Under the pieces are notes generated by a model, which did no database searches, was not told the origin of the DNA, and saw only the letters and a list, made by a program, of their open reading frames with translations. 64,000 nucleotides of DNA. Origin: Arcicella sp. Its GTDB lineage: Bacteria > Bacteroidota > Bacteroidia > Cytophagales > Spirosomataceae. Made by a program: the position numbers and the translations under genes. Positions within the stretch are counted from its first letter, which is position 1, and every line of letters begins with the position of its first letter. The DNA is taken from positions 219,421-283,420 of the forward strand of contig JAXHOK010000068.1 in NCBI GenBank assembly GCA_034519515.1. The letters run 5' to 3'. Below are positions 29,863-40,146 of this stretch, piece by piece.

Positions 29863-29907
29863 AAAGTAGCTGAATGTATATAAAATCATATATATTCAGC
29901 TACTTTT
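29863..29907. terminator. bidirectional terminator hairpin
   Basis: AAAGTAGCTGAAT / ATTCAGCTACTTT; second stem ATAATCAGCTAAATC / GATTTAGCTGATTAT follows. Confidence 0.7.
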
Positions 29908-30025
29908 AGTTTTATAATCAGCTAAATCTATGTTTTTTAGGGATTTAGCTGATTATGAGGATTTAAAAGATTTATTTAACAAAGATTTAATTTACAAAAT
30001 TGAAAACTAATATTAAAAATCAACA

Positions 30026-30421
30026 TTATTCTGTTTCTGCAATATTGATAAAATTAAAAGAAGGTAGCATAATTGGATTATAACCACCATTTAAAGTTAA
30101 GTTTGAAATAAATGCTCTAACATAAGGAAAAGCAATGGCAGGAGCACTAATTTTTACAAATGAAGAGTTTTTAAAAACTTCATCAATTAGTGTATTAGTT
30201 TCAAAATGTGCTGTAACCTTTACATTCAAATTAAATTCAGCTTTGTCATCATTTATTGATAAATCAAAAATTATGGCAAACGATTTTTGATTTTCTTCAT
30301 CGAATCCAGTTCCGAATTTAAGATTAGTTTCTAATTCATTTGTGATTTCCTTATCAAATGTTTTTACATTCAGAAGTAAATCTGTTACCTGTATGTTTAC
30401 TAATTTAATCTGTGTATCCAT
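30026..30421 (-). CDS. SecB-like chaperone (TAC-type)
   Basis: 131 aa; APAIAFPYVRAFISNLTLNGGYNPIMLPSFNF is the SecB C-terminal signature. Confidence 0.9.
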   Translation of the reverse strand: MDTQIKLVNIQVTDLLLNVKTFDKEITNELETNLKFGTGFDEENQKSFAIIFDLSINDDKAEFNLNVKVTAHFETNTLIDEVFKNSSFVKISAPAIAFPYVRAFISNLTLNGGYNPIMLPSFNFINIAETE

Positions 30422-30426
30422 AGTTA

Positions 30427-30657
30427 TTATGCTGCCATTGCGTACTGAGTATTACCAGTTAAAGCAACCTTCTCTTTATTATCAACTAAAATATTTTGAG
30501 TTAAAGTAGTATTTTTAACCTTAACTGTTTCACCACTGACGAGTTGAGCAATAGTATCTCTATATTGGTCAAATTCAATCCATTTCAATAAAAAGTCCTT
30601 ATCAAATGAATTGAGTTTCTCTGTGAATTTCCTACTAAGTTCTTGATAGTTAAGCAT
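30427..30657 (-). CDS. putative antitoxin with SsrA-like C-terminus
   Basis: 76 aa between toxin-like and SecB-like genes; ends ALTGNTQYAMAA. Confidence 0.7.
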   Translation of the reverse strand: MLNYQELSRKFTEKLNSFDKDFLLKWIEFDQYRDTIAQLVSGETVKVKNTTLTQNILVDNKEKVALTGNTQYAMAA

Positions 30658-30661
30658 TTTA

Positions 30662-31210
30662 TTATTGTTGTTCTTCTAAATATAGTGCAAAGTTACTAAC
30701 ATTTTTAAGATTAAAGACTACAACTTGAATTCGTTTTTTGAAATATAAATCTGGAATTTCTGAATAAATACGGTCGCTTTTAAATGAATTTACTGGTTTG
30801 TCATCGTACATGATACATTCAACACCAATATTATTCCAAATATTATCTGCAAGAAATTTATGTACTTGTTCCAAGGTTACGTTTACATTTTTTTGCTTAA
30901 AATATTCAATAGTTTCTTCAATTTTCGTTCTGAAGAAGAAGTACCCTTCCTCATCAAAAACTGTATTAAGGCACTTTTCAATATTAATATCCGCTTTGTA
31001 AATATCGTAATAACCTGTGGCTCTTTTCTTGAAATCCTCTCCCCAATAATGAGCAAACTCAATTTCAGTCCAAAAATAATAACCCATACCTAACCATGCT
31101 GTTTTACCCGTACACTTAATTGGCTCTTCAAGAGCATGAGCATTTGACCTATATTCTTGGGTATGATAACCAATCAAATATGGCTTATTAGAAATACTTT
31201 TTTTCTCCAC
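30662..31210 (-). CDS. putative ADP-ribosyltransferase-fold toxin
   Basis: GYHT ... WLGMGYYFW ... AHYWG ... RIQVVV resembles an H-Y-[E/Q] ART triad; GTG start. Confidence 0.7.
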   Translation of the reverse strand: MEKKSISNKPYLIGYHTQEYRSNAHALEEPIKCTGKTAWLGMGYYFWTEIEFAHYWGEDFKKRATGYYDIYKADINIEKCLNTVFDEEGYFFFRTKIEETIEYFKQKNVNVTLEQVHKFLADNIWNNIGVECIMYDDKPVNSFKSDRIYSEIPDLYFKKRIQVVVFNLKNVSNFALYLEEQQ

Positions 31211-31306
31211 TTTAAAATAAATATATGAATAATATGGTAAATCTATGATAGTTATGACAATGTTCCAATCATTTAATTAAATTTTGATAACATATTCAAT
31301 TATTGA

Positions 31307-32506
31307 CTAAAACCGCCTAAAAGCCATCTCCGCTACCGTCTTCCCGATTGATAATGAGGAAGTTGCGGCTGGTGATGGGGCGTTGAGAATGTTGATGACT
31401 TTTTCGTCTTCGATGATGGCAAAATCATCTAAAAGCCCTCCTGTACGGTCGCAAGCCTGAGCCCGTACACCCGCACCGCCTTCGATAAGGTCAGATTCTT
31501 GGATTTCTGGAATCAACTCTTGCAGGGCTTTGGTGAAGGCGGTTTTTGAGAAACTTCTGTACATTTCGCCCAAACCCATTTCCCAATATTTTACCGCCAC
31601 TTTCTGGAATCCTCCCCACGTGAGGGTTTCCCATAATTCTTTGGCGTTGATGTCCATTTTTTTGTAACCCTCTTTTCGGAATGCCAGAACAGCATTTGGT
31701 CCCGCTTCCACGCCGCCCTTCATCATGCGGGTAAAATGTACGCCCAAGAAAGGGAAATTGGGGTCTGGCACGGGATAAATTAGGTTTTTTACCAAATAAT
31801 GTTTCTCGGGACGAATCTTGAAATATTCCCCACGGAAAGGTACAATCCGAACATCAATTGGATTATCCTGAGACATTTGAGCCACTTTATCCGAGTATAA
31901 TCCTGCACAATTTATCACCAATTTTGTTTCGTAAGTGTTGCGTTCCGTTTTCACAATCGACAACGTATGACCTTTGGTAATGCCCGTTACTTTTTCGTTA
32001 AATTGTAGGTCAGCACCCAAATTACGCAGTTTATCTGCCATTTTTTGGCTCATTACTTTATAGTCCACAATGCCCGTTTGCGGCACAAATAAACCCTCCA
32101 AACAAGACACATAAGGCTCATATTCCTTCACTTCCGAAGCCGATATTTTTCGTACTCCTGCCAAACCGTTCTGTTGTCCACGCACAAAAAGCGTGTCCAA
32201 TTGTGGGATTTGGTCAGCCTTGGTTGCCACCACTACTTTACCCGTAATTTCGTAGGGAATATTTTCTTGCTGACAAAATTCTATCAACTGATGATAACCT
32301 TGAATACAGTTGGTTGCCTTTAAAGAACCTGGTTTATAATACAGCCCAGAGTGAATTACGCCCGAGTTGTTCCCCGTCTGGTGAATGGCTACTTCCCGTT
32401 CTTTTTCCAGTAATAAAACCTTCAATTCGGGACGTTGTTCCTTGATTCTGAGGGCAGTAGCGAGTCCCACAATTCCTCCGCCGATGACAATAATATCGTG
32501 TTGCAT
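31307..32506 (-). CDS. lhgO: L-2-hydroxyglutarate oxidase
   Basis: GGGIVG, HQTGNNSGVIHSGLYYKPGSLKA, FLGVHFT, NAPSPAATSSL. Confidence 0.93.
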   Translation of the reverse strand: MQHDIIVIGGGIVGLATALRIKEQRPELKVLLLEKEREVAIHQTGNNSGVIHSGLYYKPGSLKATNCIQGYHQLIEFCQQENIPYEITGKVVVATKADQIPQLDTLFVRGQQNGLAGVRKISASEVKEYEPYVSCLEGLFVPQTGIVDYKVMSQKMADKLRNLGADLQFNEKVTGITKGHTLSIVKTERNTYETKLVINCAGLYSDKVAQMSQDNPIDVRIVPFRGEYFKIRPEKHYLVKNLIYPVPDPNFPFLGVHFTRMMKGGVEAGPNAVLAFRKEGYKKMDINAKELWETLTWGGFQKVAVKYWEMGLGEMYRSFSKTAFTKALQELIPEIQESDLIEGGAGVRAQACDRTGGLLDDFAIIEDEKVINILNAPSPAATSSLSIGKTVAEMAFRRF

Positions 32507-32516
32507 ATCTCAAAGT

Positions 32517-32716
32517 TGGTGAACGGTGAACGGTAAAAGGTGAACGGTTCACGGAGGAAGTTCACATCAAATAATTCACAATAAATCGCTCACAATAAAA
32601 ATTTATAAAGTATTAAAAATCAGTTAGTTAAAAATAAATATTAAATTCAAATCCGTTCACTTTTTACCCCGAACCCTTCTGTGTCCAGTCCCGTTCGCCT
32701 TTCACCGTGAACCGTT
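32517..32716. repeat. inverted heptamer tandem arrays (TGAACGG / CCGTTCA)
   Basis: TGAACGG-like units at 32517-32552 and complementary units at 32653-32716. Confidence 0.65.
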
Positions 32717-33474
32717 TAACCTTTTGAAGACCAGATTTCCCAAGCCTTTTCCGCCTGACCGTGCAACATTTCTAAACCAAAATGTACACCTTTTACTCCA
32801 TGCTCTAACCCCTTTTTCAAGAACATTGTTTCCAAAGGATTATAGACAATATCATACAATAAATGGTTGTTAGTCAGCAGATTATAAGGAATTTCTGGGA
32901 AAGAATCCACCTTCGGAAACATTCCTAAAGGTGTAGTATTAACGATAAAAAGATGCTCTTGCATGACTGCCTCCGTGAGTTCATCGTAGGTGATGGTATT
33001 TTCTTCTTTTTTTCGAGAAACGTATTGCGTTTGTAAACCTAAATCTTGCAAGGCTTGAATAATTGCTTTGGCAGCTCCTCCTTTGCCCAAAATTAAGGCT
33101 TTTTTGGGTTTAATCTCTTGAAAATCAGTCCATTGTTCCAACGTCCAACGAAAACCCCAATAGTCGGTATTGAAACCTTTGGTGATGCCATCTTCCATGA
33201 TTTTGATGGTATTGACTGCTCCAATTTTCAAGGCGGCTTCGTCCACCGAATCCAAAAAAGGAATGATGTTTTGTTTGTGCGGAATGGTTACGTTTAAGCC
33301 CCGCAAATTAGGAGATTGTGCTTTTAGTAAAGTTGGAAAATCTTGGATATTTTCTAATTCAAACTTTTCATAGACGTGTGTATCCGAGAGGTTCATTTTT
33401 TCAAATTTCTCCGTAAAATATCCCTTTGAAAAAGAATGACCCAAAGGAAAGCCAATTAAACCGTATGTGTACAT
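32716..33474 (-). CDS. aroE: shikimate dehydrogenase
   Basis: GFPLGHSFS, GLNVTIPHK, GAVNT, NTD, NTTPLGM, DIVYNP, GLEML. Confidence 0.93.
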   Translation of the reverse strand: MYTYGLIGFPLGHSFSKGYFTEKFEKMNLSDTHVYEKFELENIQDFPTLLKAQSPNLRGLNVTIPHKQNIIPFLDSVDEAALKIGAVNTIKIMEDGITKGFNTDYWGFRWTLEQWTDFQEIKPKKALILGKGGAAKAIIQALQDLGLQTQYVSRKKEENTITYDELTEAVMQEHLFIVNTTPLGMFPKVDSFPEIPYNLLTNNHLLYDIVYNPLETMFLKKGLEHGVKGVHFGLEMLHGQAEKAWEIWSSKG

Positions 33475-33522
33475 TTAAAATAAATTTGAGTATATTTGGG
33501 TCTATTAATAAAATCAATAAAT

Positions 33523-34020
33523 ATGGAACTATTAGTCGAGAGCTTCATAGTTGACAAGGAAACGTTGGCTTATGAAATTGAAAGAAATAAACCCATGCCC
33601 AGTAAAAACCACGGATACCTTCAAGGTCGTATTTTGTCTGAAATAGACCACTATTATCGCAAACAATTTACCTTAATTTCCGAGGTAGAAATACAAATGC
33701 CCGAACGACCAAACTGTGTTCCAGATGTGGCTATTTATCCGAAAATGGAAATCAATTTTTGGGATGATGAACTCGTAATGACTGAAATGCCTTTGGTGGC
33801 TATCGAAATAATTTCACCTACTCAAACAGATACTGAACTTATCAAGAAAATAAACCGCTATTTTGAGGCTGGTGTTCAATCTTGTTGGTTAGTAATGCCC
33901 AGTTTTCAAGCTATTTCTGTGTATTCAGGAATAGGTAAATACCAATTTTTCTCTTCCGAAATGACACTTAAAGATGATATTGCCAAAATTGAATTACCAC
34001 TTAAAGATATATTTGACTAA
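33523..34020 (+). CDS. Uma2 family endonuclease
   Basis: PSKNHG, PDVAI, IEIISPT, YFEAGVQSCWLV; TATATTTG box at 33491-33498 supports ATG 33523. Confidence 0.88.
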   Translation: MELLVESFIVDKETLAYEIERNKPMPSKNHGYLQGRILSEIDHYYRKQFTLISEVEIQMPERPNCVPDVAIYPKMEINFWDDELVMTEMPLVAIEIISPTQTDTELIKKINRYFEAGVQSCWLVMPSFQAISVYSGIGKYQFFSSEMTLKDDIAKIELPLKDIFD

Positions 34021-34024
34021 GCCA

Positions 34025-34438
34025 TCAAATCCCCTCCATTTCCATAAAAGATTGTAAAATAATAGTCGCTGAAATTTTATCTATATTACCTTTTTCACGG
34101 CGGTCTTTTTTGGAATATCCTCCCGCAATCATGGCTTGGAGTGCCAATTTGGAGGTAAAACGTTCATCGTGCAATTGTACTGGAATATCGGGAAAGGTCT
34201 TTTTCAAAGTTTTCACAAAGCCCTTTACGTGCGAGGTATTATTGGTATCTTCCCCGTCTAAGTTCACGGGCATTCCCACCACAAAAGCCTCCACTTCTTC
34301 TTTTTCAAGGTATTCTTTCAAAAAATTGATTACGTCTTTGCTATGAACAGTGTCCAAAGCCGAAGCAATAATTTTCAGGGGGTCGGTAACTGCCAAACCC
34401 ACCCGCTTCGTTCCGTAATCTATGGCTAATATTCTCAT
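34025..34438 (-). CDS. ruvX: RuvX/YqgF pre-16S rRNA nuclease
   Basis: [29 protein letters not shown]. Confidence 0.95.
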   Translation of the reverse strand: MRILAIDYGTKRVGLAVTDPLKIIASALDTVHSKDVINFLKEYLEKEEVEAFVVGMPVNLDGEDTNNTSHVKGFVKTLKKTFPDIPVQLHDERFTSKLALQAMIAGGYSKKDRREKGNIDKISATIILQSFMEMEGI

Positions 34439-34444
34439 TTCATT

Positions 34445-34557
34445 AAGGTTTTAGGTTTTAGGTGTTTGGTATTAGTAAAGTAGCAAATGTAACAAAGAGA
34501 CCTATTAACCGTCTAATGTTCAAAACACTAAAACCCAAAACCTAACACCTAAAACCT
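34445..34557. repeat. inverted heptamer tandem arrays (TAGGTTT / AAACCTA)
   Basis: TAGGTTT-like units at 34445-34475 and AAACCTA-like units at 34521-34557. Confidence 0.65.
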
Positions 34558-34644
34558 TAATTAGCAACAAAGTTACGTCAAAATCATTGCTGACATTCCA
34601 GTTTTTTGTAACTTTAATATCTATTTCCACAAAATGTAGTAACC

Positions 34645-36339
34645 ATGCAAAACGAACAAACTCCCAACAATAATTCGACCATCGTGAAAATACCTATCTG
34701 GATTGCCCTTGCCGTAGTGGGAGGCATTTTATTGGGTGCTAATTTCTTTGGTGGACAGATCCGTATGGGCGATGTTTCTAAGAGTTCTAATAAATATCGT
34801 GAAATTGTTTCGTTGATTGAAAGCTCGTATGTGGATTCGGTCAATACGGATTCTTTGGTGGATTTTTCTATTAAAAAAATGCTTGAAAAACTTGATCCCC
34901 ATACGTCATATTTCTCTACGGAAGAGGCTGGTTCGGCACGTTCGCAGTTGGAATCGGGTTTTGATGGCATTGGTATTGAATTTAATATGTTTAGTGATAC
35001 CGTTTACGTAATGAACGCCATCATCGGCGGGCCTTCCAATGCCGTGGGAATAAAAAGTGGGGATAGACTTTTGAAAGCAGATGGGTTCGTATTAACAGGT
35101 CCAAAAGTTACTAATAGCTTTATTTTTAGTAAGTTACGGGGCGTTCGTGGTTCGGAAGTGAAATTGGAAGTATTAAGAAATGGCGAAAAAGGGATTAAAA
35201 AATTCACCGTAGTTAGAGACAGGATTCCGTCTTATTCCATTTCGGCAGGTTACATGATTGACGTTCAGACGGGTTATATCAAGGTTGATAGATTTACAGA
35301 ATCCACTTTTGAAGAGTTCAGAAATATTTTGGCAAACTTAAAAACACAAGGTCTAAAACGCCTTATGATTGACCTTCGTAACAACCCTGGCGGTTATAAA
35401 GACCGTGCCGAGAAAATGGTTGATGAACTGTTGGCGGGAGAAAAGATGATTGTTTATACCGACGGGAAAGGCACAAAGTACGATACCCAAACTTATACCA
35501 AAAGAGAAGGAATTTTTGAAAAAGGAGCAGTGATGGTCTTGATGGATGAAAATAGTGCTTCGGCGGCTGAAATCGTGGCGGGAGCTTTGCAAGACAACGA
35601 CCGTGCTTTGATTGTGGGCAGACGTTCTTTTGGAAAAGGATTGGTGCAAATGCCTGTAAATCTGCAAGATGGCTCAGAATTACGTCTGACCATTTCAAGA
35701 TATTACACGCCAAGTGGTCGCAGTATTCAGAAAGCCTACGTGATGGGACAGGAAGAGGACTATGAAAAAGATTACGAAAAACGCTTGAAAAGTGGTGAAT
35801 TTTTCAGTGCAGATAGCATAAAATTTAACCCAAAATTAAAATTTAAAACCTTTGGCGGACGCACTGTTTACGGAGGTGGAGGCATTACACCCGACGTATT
35901 CGTTGCCCGTGATACCACCTATTTTACTAAATATTTAAGCGATTTGTGGGGCAAAAATATCCTCCGTGAATTTGCTTTGAATTATACTAATGAAAATATA
36001 AAATCCTTAGAAAAACTTACTTTCAAGGATTTCAACAGATTTTTTGTCGTAAATGATGCCATGTTGATTGAAGTGCAGAAACTGGCAAAACAAGCCAATG
36101 TGAAGATGCGAGTAAGAGATTATGAGCGTTCGATGCCCTACATCAAGGCACAAATCAAGGCGTATATTGCCCGTAATGTGTGGCAACGCAAAGCATCCGA
36201 TGGTTTGAATAATGAATATTACCAAGTGATGGCAACTTACGATGATACGTTCCAAAAAGCCTTAGCTCAATTTGACAAAGCCGAAAAAATGGCAAGAGGT
36301 GAATTGGTGGAGACAATTTCTCATTCGGTGAAAAAGTAA
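34645..36339 (+). CDS. S41 C-terminal processing peptidase (PDZ)
   Basis: LDPHTSY, GIGI, DLRNNPGG, SASAAEIVAGALQD, GKGLVQ, RYYTPSGRSIQ. Confidence 0.93.
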   Translation: MQNEQTPNNNSTIVKIPIWIALAVVGGILLGANFFGGQIRMGDVSKSSNKYREIVSLIESSYVDSVNTDSLVDFSIKKMLEKLDPHTSYFSTEEAGSARSQLESGFDGIGIEFNMFSDTVYVMNAIIGGPSNAVGIKSGDRLLKADGFVLTGPKVTNSFIFSKLRGVRGSEVKLEVLRNGEKGIKKFTVVRDRIPSYSISAGYMIDVQTGYIKVDRFTESTFEEFRNILANLKTQGLKRLMIDLRNNPGGYKDRAEKMVDELLAGEKMIVYTDGKGTKYDTQTYTKREGIFEKGAVMVLMDENSASAAEIVAGALQDNDRALIVGRRSFGKGLVQMPVNLQDGSELRLTISRYYTPSGRSIQKAYVMGQEEDYEKDYEKRLKSGEFFSADSIKFNPKLKFKTFGGRTVYGGGGITPDVFVARDTTYFTKYLSDLWGKNILREFALNYTNENIKSLEKLTFKDFNRFFVVNDAMLIEVQKLAKQANVKMRVRDYERSMPYIKAQIKAYIARNVWQRKASDGLNNEYYQVMATYDDTFQKALAQFDKAEKMARGELVETISHSVKK

Positions 36340-36433
36340 TTCATAACGGTTTAAAATAGACCATAGATGAAACAGATTGTACAGATTTATACTGGGACGC
36401 ATAGTCGTTTTTATGGTCTATTTTTTTAGTATG

Positions 36434-37816
36434 TTATTGATCAACTTTATCTTCTATAATTTTCTGAACATCAGTAGGGACATTCGATAAAAAGTCAAAA
36501 CCTGTCAATCGTTCTATTTCATCAACTGATACTCTATATTTCTTCCAACTATGACTTCCAACTGAATTTTGATTAGGAATATTCACGGCAATAATTCGGG
36601 TATTTTCATTGATTCGTTGCACGTCATTTTGTCCGATGGGCAGTACCACAATAATTTTCCAAAGTGATGCTGGAACGGCGATATTTTTACTTTTTCCGAT
36701 ACTTCGAGTAAACCCATTTGTTCCTTCACCGCCTTCACCAATTGTTCCCGCAATGATATAAATTTCGTTGCCTTGTTGGGTTAGCGTTCTGCCGTAATCT
36801 TCTAAATTTTTCCAAATTCCACGGTTATGGTCGGGTGCTTGGGGAACTATGTTGGTCATTAAAAAAGTCTCTTGGTTATCCCCTAAACTGCCGTCACGGT
36901 CGTCCGAGGGGCATAAATGTCCACGGTCGAAGCCAGTTTCGGCATAATCTCTGGGGTTTACGTCATACCAATTGTTGGGTAAATCAGAATCAGGACGAAA
37001 GTCATTTTGTCGTTCCGTTTCTCCTTTCCAAGCCGTACTTAAATGCCACGAAACCCAGTTGGCGATGTTCTTATTTTTGTTGTAGGAAAGCGTATAACCC
37101 GTTTTTTTCATCAAAAAATTATCCGAATAAGCAATATTACTGACGGCATTGGATGGATTGCCCAAACCCAAATTATCATCCCGACTTGCCACGGTTGAAC
37201 CGTTTTCTACGGGTATAGAATTAGTACTTGTTCCGTAAGTAATAATCGAAATATCATCAATATTTAAGCGATTAACCGAACCATCCGTTTTGCGAATTTC
37301 GATGCGAGCGGCTTGAGTAGTATTAACGTTAAAAGTGGCATCACGCAAGGATTTTTCAGAGGCTGTCAGGGTTGAGCCTACTTGTTGCCAAGAGTTTCCA
37401 GCGTTCGTAGAAATCCATAATTCAAAGGTACTATTTTTGTCTAATTGATAAACTCCGTATTTGAAACGCACTTGCTGAATACCACTCAGGCAGTCAAAAT
37501 TCATGGTTAATTTTGCTGTTTCCTTCATTCTAACAGCTTTTGTGCCATTTTTTTGGTCGTTTTCAGCTCCGCCCATCACGGCATTATCCAAATTCCATTG
37601 TCCTGACGAAGCGGTAATATTTCCGTTTTCATATCGAATTTTGGAAGCCCCATCAAAACCTTCTGGGAAATTACGGGCAACTTTGGTTTGCACAGACGGT
37701 GGCGTAGGTGTAGGTCTGGGCGTGGATGAACCCGAACCCGTGGAAGGCATATACACCCCTACACAAGAAGAAAACGAAATGGAAATACTGAGTAAAAGGG
37801 TGATTTTTTTAAACAT
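36434..37816 (-). CDS. lipoprotein DNA/RNA non-specific endonuclease (NucA/EndoG-like) with N-terminal beta-rich domain
   Basis: Lipobox FSS-C, Pro-rich linker, DRGHLCPS, TNIVPQ, NRGIW. Confidence 0.9.
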   Translation of the reverse strand: MFKKITLLLSISISFSSCVGVYMPSTGSGSSTPRPTPTPPSVQTKVARNFPEGFDGASKIRYENGNITASSGQWNLDNAVMGGAENDQKNGTKAVRMKETAKLTMNFDCLSGIQQVRFKYGVYQLDKNSTFELWISTNAGNSWQQVGSTLTASEKSLRDATFNVNTTQAARIEIRKTDGSVNRLNIDDISIITYGTSTNSIPVENGSTVASRDDNLGLGNPSNAVSNIAYSDNFLMKKTGYTLSYNKNKNIANWVSWHLSTAWKGETERQNDFRPDSDLPNNWYDVNPRDYAETGFDRGHLCPSDDRDGSLGDNQETFLMTNIVPQAPDHNRGIWKNLEDYGRTLTQQGNEIYIIAGTIGEGGEGTNGFTRSIGKSKNIAVPASLWKIIVVLPIGQNDVQRINENTRIIAVNIPNQNSVGSHSWKKYRVSVDEIERLTGFDFLSNVPTDVQKIIEDKVDQ

Positions 37817-37969
37817 GAAAAGAATATTTTTGACTTGTCTGCGAATTTACAAAGTCTGAAGGAATAAGGAATTACCATTTAGCCAATATAGCACAATTTT
37901 TAGTAAAAATAAACAAAATGAATCTCCGTAAATTGGTGGAAATTTGTAAAAAAATAAATCAGAAATCTT

Positions 37970-38776
37970 ATGAATAATTTACTCGACCAGCTCTACGATT
38001 TACCGCAAAAAGCCGTTGATTTCTTCCAAAAAAATAGATATATCAAACTCAAAAATGTATTTGATGCTGATACATTAGCCTATTATGGCGATGCCATCAG
38101 TAAAAAAGTAGCCGAACTGAACAACCAAGAAAAACCTTTGGATGCCAGAGATACCTACGGAAAGGCATTTTTGCAGATTTTTAATCTGTGGCAAGAAGAT
38201 GAAATCTGCAAAGAATTTGTTTTCGGGAAACGTCTCGGGAAAATTGCTGCCGATTTGATGCAAACCGAAGGCGTAAGAATGTACCACGACCAAGCACTTT
38301 TCAAAGAAGGTGGCGGAGGCATTACTCCGTGGCACGCTGATCAGTATTATTGGCCTCTTGCCAGTGATAAAACCATCACAGCCTGGATACCGCTTCAAGA
38401 AATTCCCTTGGAAATGGGACCCTTAGAGTTTAGTGCAGGAAGCCATAAAATAGTAGAAGGTAGAGAATTGGCAATTGGCGATGAAAGCGAAGCCATTATT
38501 CAACAAAAATTGCGAGTTACGGATTTCAAACACATCATCGAACCCTTTGATTTGGGGGAAGTTAGCTTTCATTCGGGTTGGGTATTTCACAGAGCAGGGG
38601 CAAACAAAACCGAACAAATGCGAAAAGTTATGACTGTGATTTTTATGGACAGTAATATGATTTTGCAAAAACCAGAAAACGAAAATCAGCAGAAAGATTG
38701 GGAAAAATGGTGTACTGGGGCAGAGGTCGGAAAAGTGATTGATACGCACCTAAATCCTGTTATTTATTCAAATTAA
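37970..38776 (+). CDS. phytanoyl-CoA dioxygenase (PhyH) family Fe/2OG oxygenase
   Basis: TPWHAD (HxD), TAWIPL, FHSGWVFHRAG. Confidence 0.9.
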   Translation: MNNLLDQLYDLPQKAVDFFQKNRYIKLKNVFDADTLAYYGDAISKKVAELNNQEKPLDARDTYGKAFLQIFNLWQEDEICKEFVFGKRLGKIAADLMQTEGVRMYHDQALFKEGGGGITPWHADQYYWPLASDKTITAWIPLQEIPLEMGPLEFSAGSHKIVEGRELAIGDESEAIIQQKLRVTDFKHIIEPFDLGEVSFHSGWVFHRAGANKTEQMRKVMTVIFMDSNMILQKPENENQQKDWEKWCTGAEVGKVIDTHLNPVIYSN

Positions 38777-38778
38777 AT

Positions 38779-38881
38779 GTAGCACGGGAATCTGTCCCGT
38801 GTAGTTGGAATCCGATTTTGTAGCACAGGAGCCCTTCCCGTGTAGTTGAAATCCGATTCACAGGAAGGATTCCCGTGCTAC
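38779..38881. repeat. GTAG-type REP cluster (three arms)
   Basis: GTAGCACGGGAATCTGTCCCGTG, GTAGCACAGGAGCCCTTCCCGTG and inverted CACAGGAAGGATTCCCGTGCTAC. Confidence 0.85.
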
Positions 38882-38886
38882 CTATT

Positions 38887-39933
38887 TCAAAACAAGTAAA
38901 CTGCCCCAGCCTTCCCAACAGCCACCGCTTTTCCCGAAGAATTTATCCGTAAATCACTAAAAATGGCAGTATCTGTGGTTTCAATTTTCGTCCATTTTTT
39001 GCCAGCGTCTTCAACTTTATACAGTGCTGTTTTTCCCTCATTTTCAACGATAGAATAGCCCAAATTTTCGTTTTGAAAGGCTAATTTTGATACATTTCCT
39101 GCTACACCCGTTTTCAAAATCGTCCAGTTTTCTCCGCCATCGGTGGTCTTTAAAAATGCACTATTTTTTCCACCCACAAAAGCCTCTTTATCGCTGATTA
39201 AATACACCGAAAGTAAACTCTCTACCAAAGGACGAACGGGGTCAATGTAATCATAAGTGCCATCAGGTTTGATATTTATGACGTAAATTAAGCCAAAATT
39301 ACCCACCAGCATTCCTATTTTTTCCTTCAAAAAATGAACATCACTCATGTACCCAAAAAGGGTTTCATATTTGGTTTGGGCTAAATTAACCGTGTTTACA
39401 TAGTGTAGTTCGGTATATTCTCGGCTGTGAAAATTATCATAAAACTGTTTCAACACAAAGCCTTCTTGGTTTTTGGGATAGCTTGCCAGTGTAGCATCCG
39501 TGGGGCGTGCAATAGCTTTCCAAGTGGCACCACCATCGTTGGTTGCTAACACACTTTTACCACTCAAAACGCCCACTTTTTCATCTTTGAAACTGACTGA
39601 ACGCATTACAACATTAGTGCTACTGTAATTAATTTCAGACCATGTTTTTCCCAAATCTGTACTCTTGAAAAGGTAGCCTTTTGAGTCATCGTTTCCGAGA
39701 GCGAAAAGCGTTTGGTCATCGGCAAAACTGAGTGAAACCAAATCGGCTTTTTTCATCACGGGGTCGTTGAAAAAATTAACCGTTTTGGGCGGATCTACCA
39801 CAACAACGGGTGGGGTCGTAGTAGGCGTAACATTTACGGGCGTTGTGGGAACGGGCGTGTCCTTTTTTTCGGAACAAGCCAAAATACTAATGCTCCAAAG
39901 ACCAATAAAAGAAATGATTTGAAATGATTTCAT
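38887..39933 (-). CDS. Ycf48/BNR-repeat beta-propeller lipoprotein
   Basis: Lipobox ILA-C; repeated STDLGKTW, TNDGGATW, TTDGGENW. Confidence 0.85.
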   Translation of the reverse strand: MKSFQIISFIGLWSISILACSEKKDTPVPTTPVNVTPTTTPPVVVVDPPKTVNFFNDPVMKKADLVSLSFADDQTLFALGNDDSKGYLFKSTDLGKTWSEINYSSTNVVMRSVSFKDEKVGVLSGKSVLATNDGGATWKAIARPTDATLASYPKNQEGFVLKQFYDNFHSREYTELHYVNTVNLAQTKYETLFGYMSDVHFLKEKIGMLVGNFGLIYVINIKPDGTYDYIDPVRPLVESLLSVYLISDKEAFVGGKNSAFLKTTDGGENWTILKTGVAGNVSKLAFQNENLGYSIVENEGKTALYKVEDAGKKWTKIETTDTAIFSDLRINSSGKAVAVGKAGAVYLF

Positions 39934-40146
39934 GGGATTGCTTCTAAAATAATAACGTGAAATGATTGGCGGATTATTTTTTTAAGCAAAGGAAGGAGAT
40001 ACAAATTTCGGAAAATTTGTCGAATCATCAAAGGGTTTGTGGGTTTTAGTGGTTGGGTTTTAGGTAAAATAACGATTTCGTATTTTCTTTGTAAAAGAAA
40101 TTCCGTTCCGTGGTTAGTGTTGAATTGGGCGGTTACAAATTAAAGA

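Noticed and set aside
30427-30470. tmRNA gene or ssrA integration scar
   Set aside because: The tag-like codons end a normal ORF; no tRNA-like ends or T-arm were found nearby, and smpB is 28 kb away
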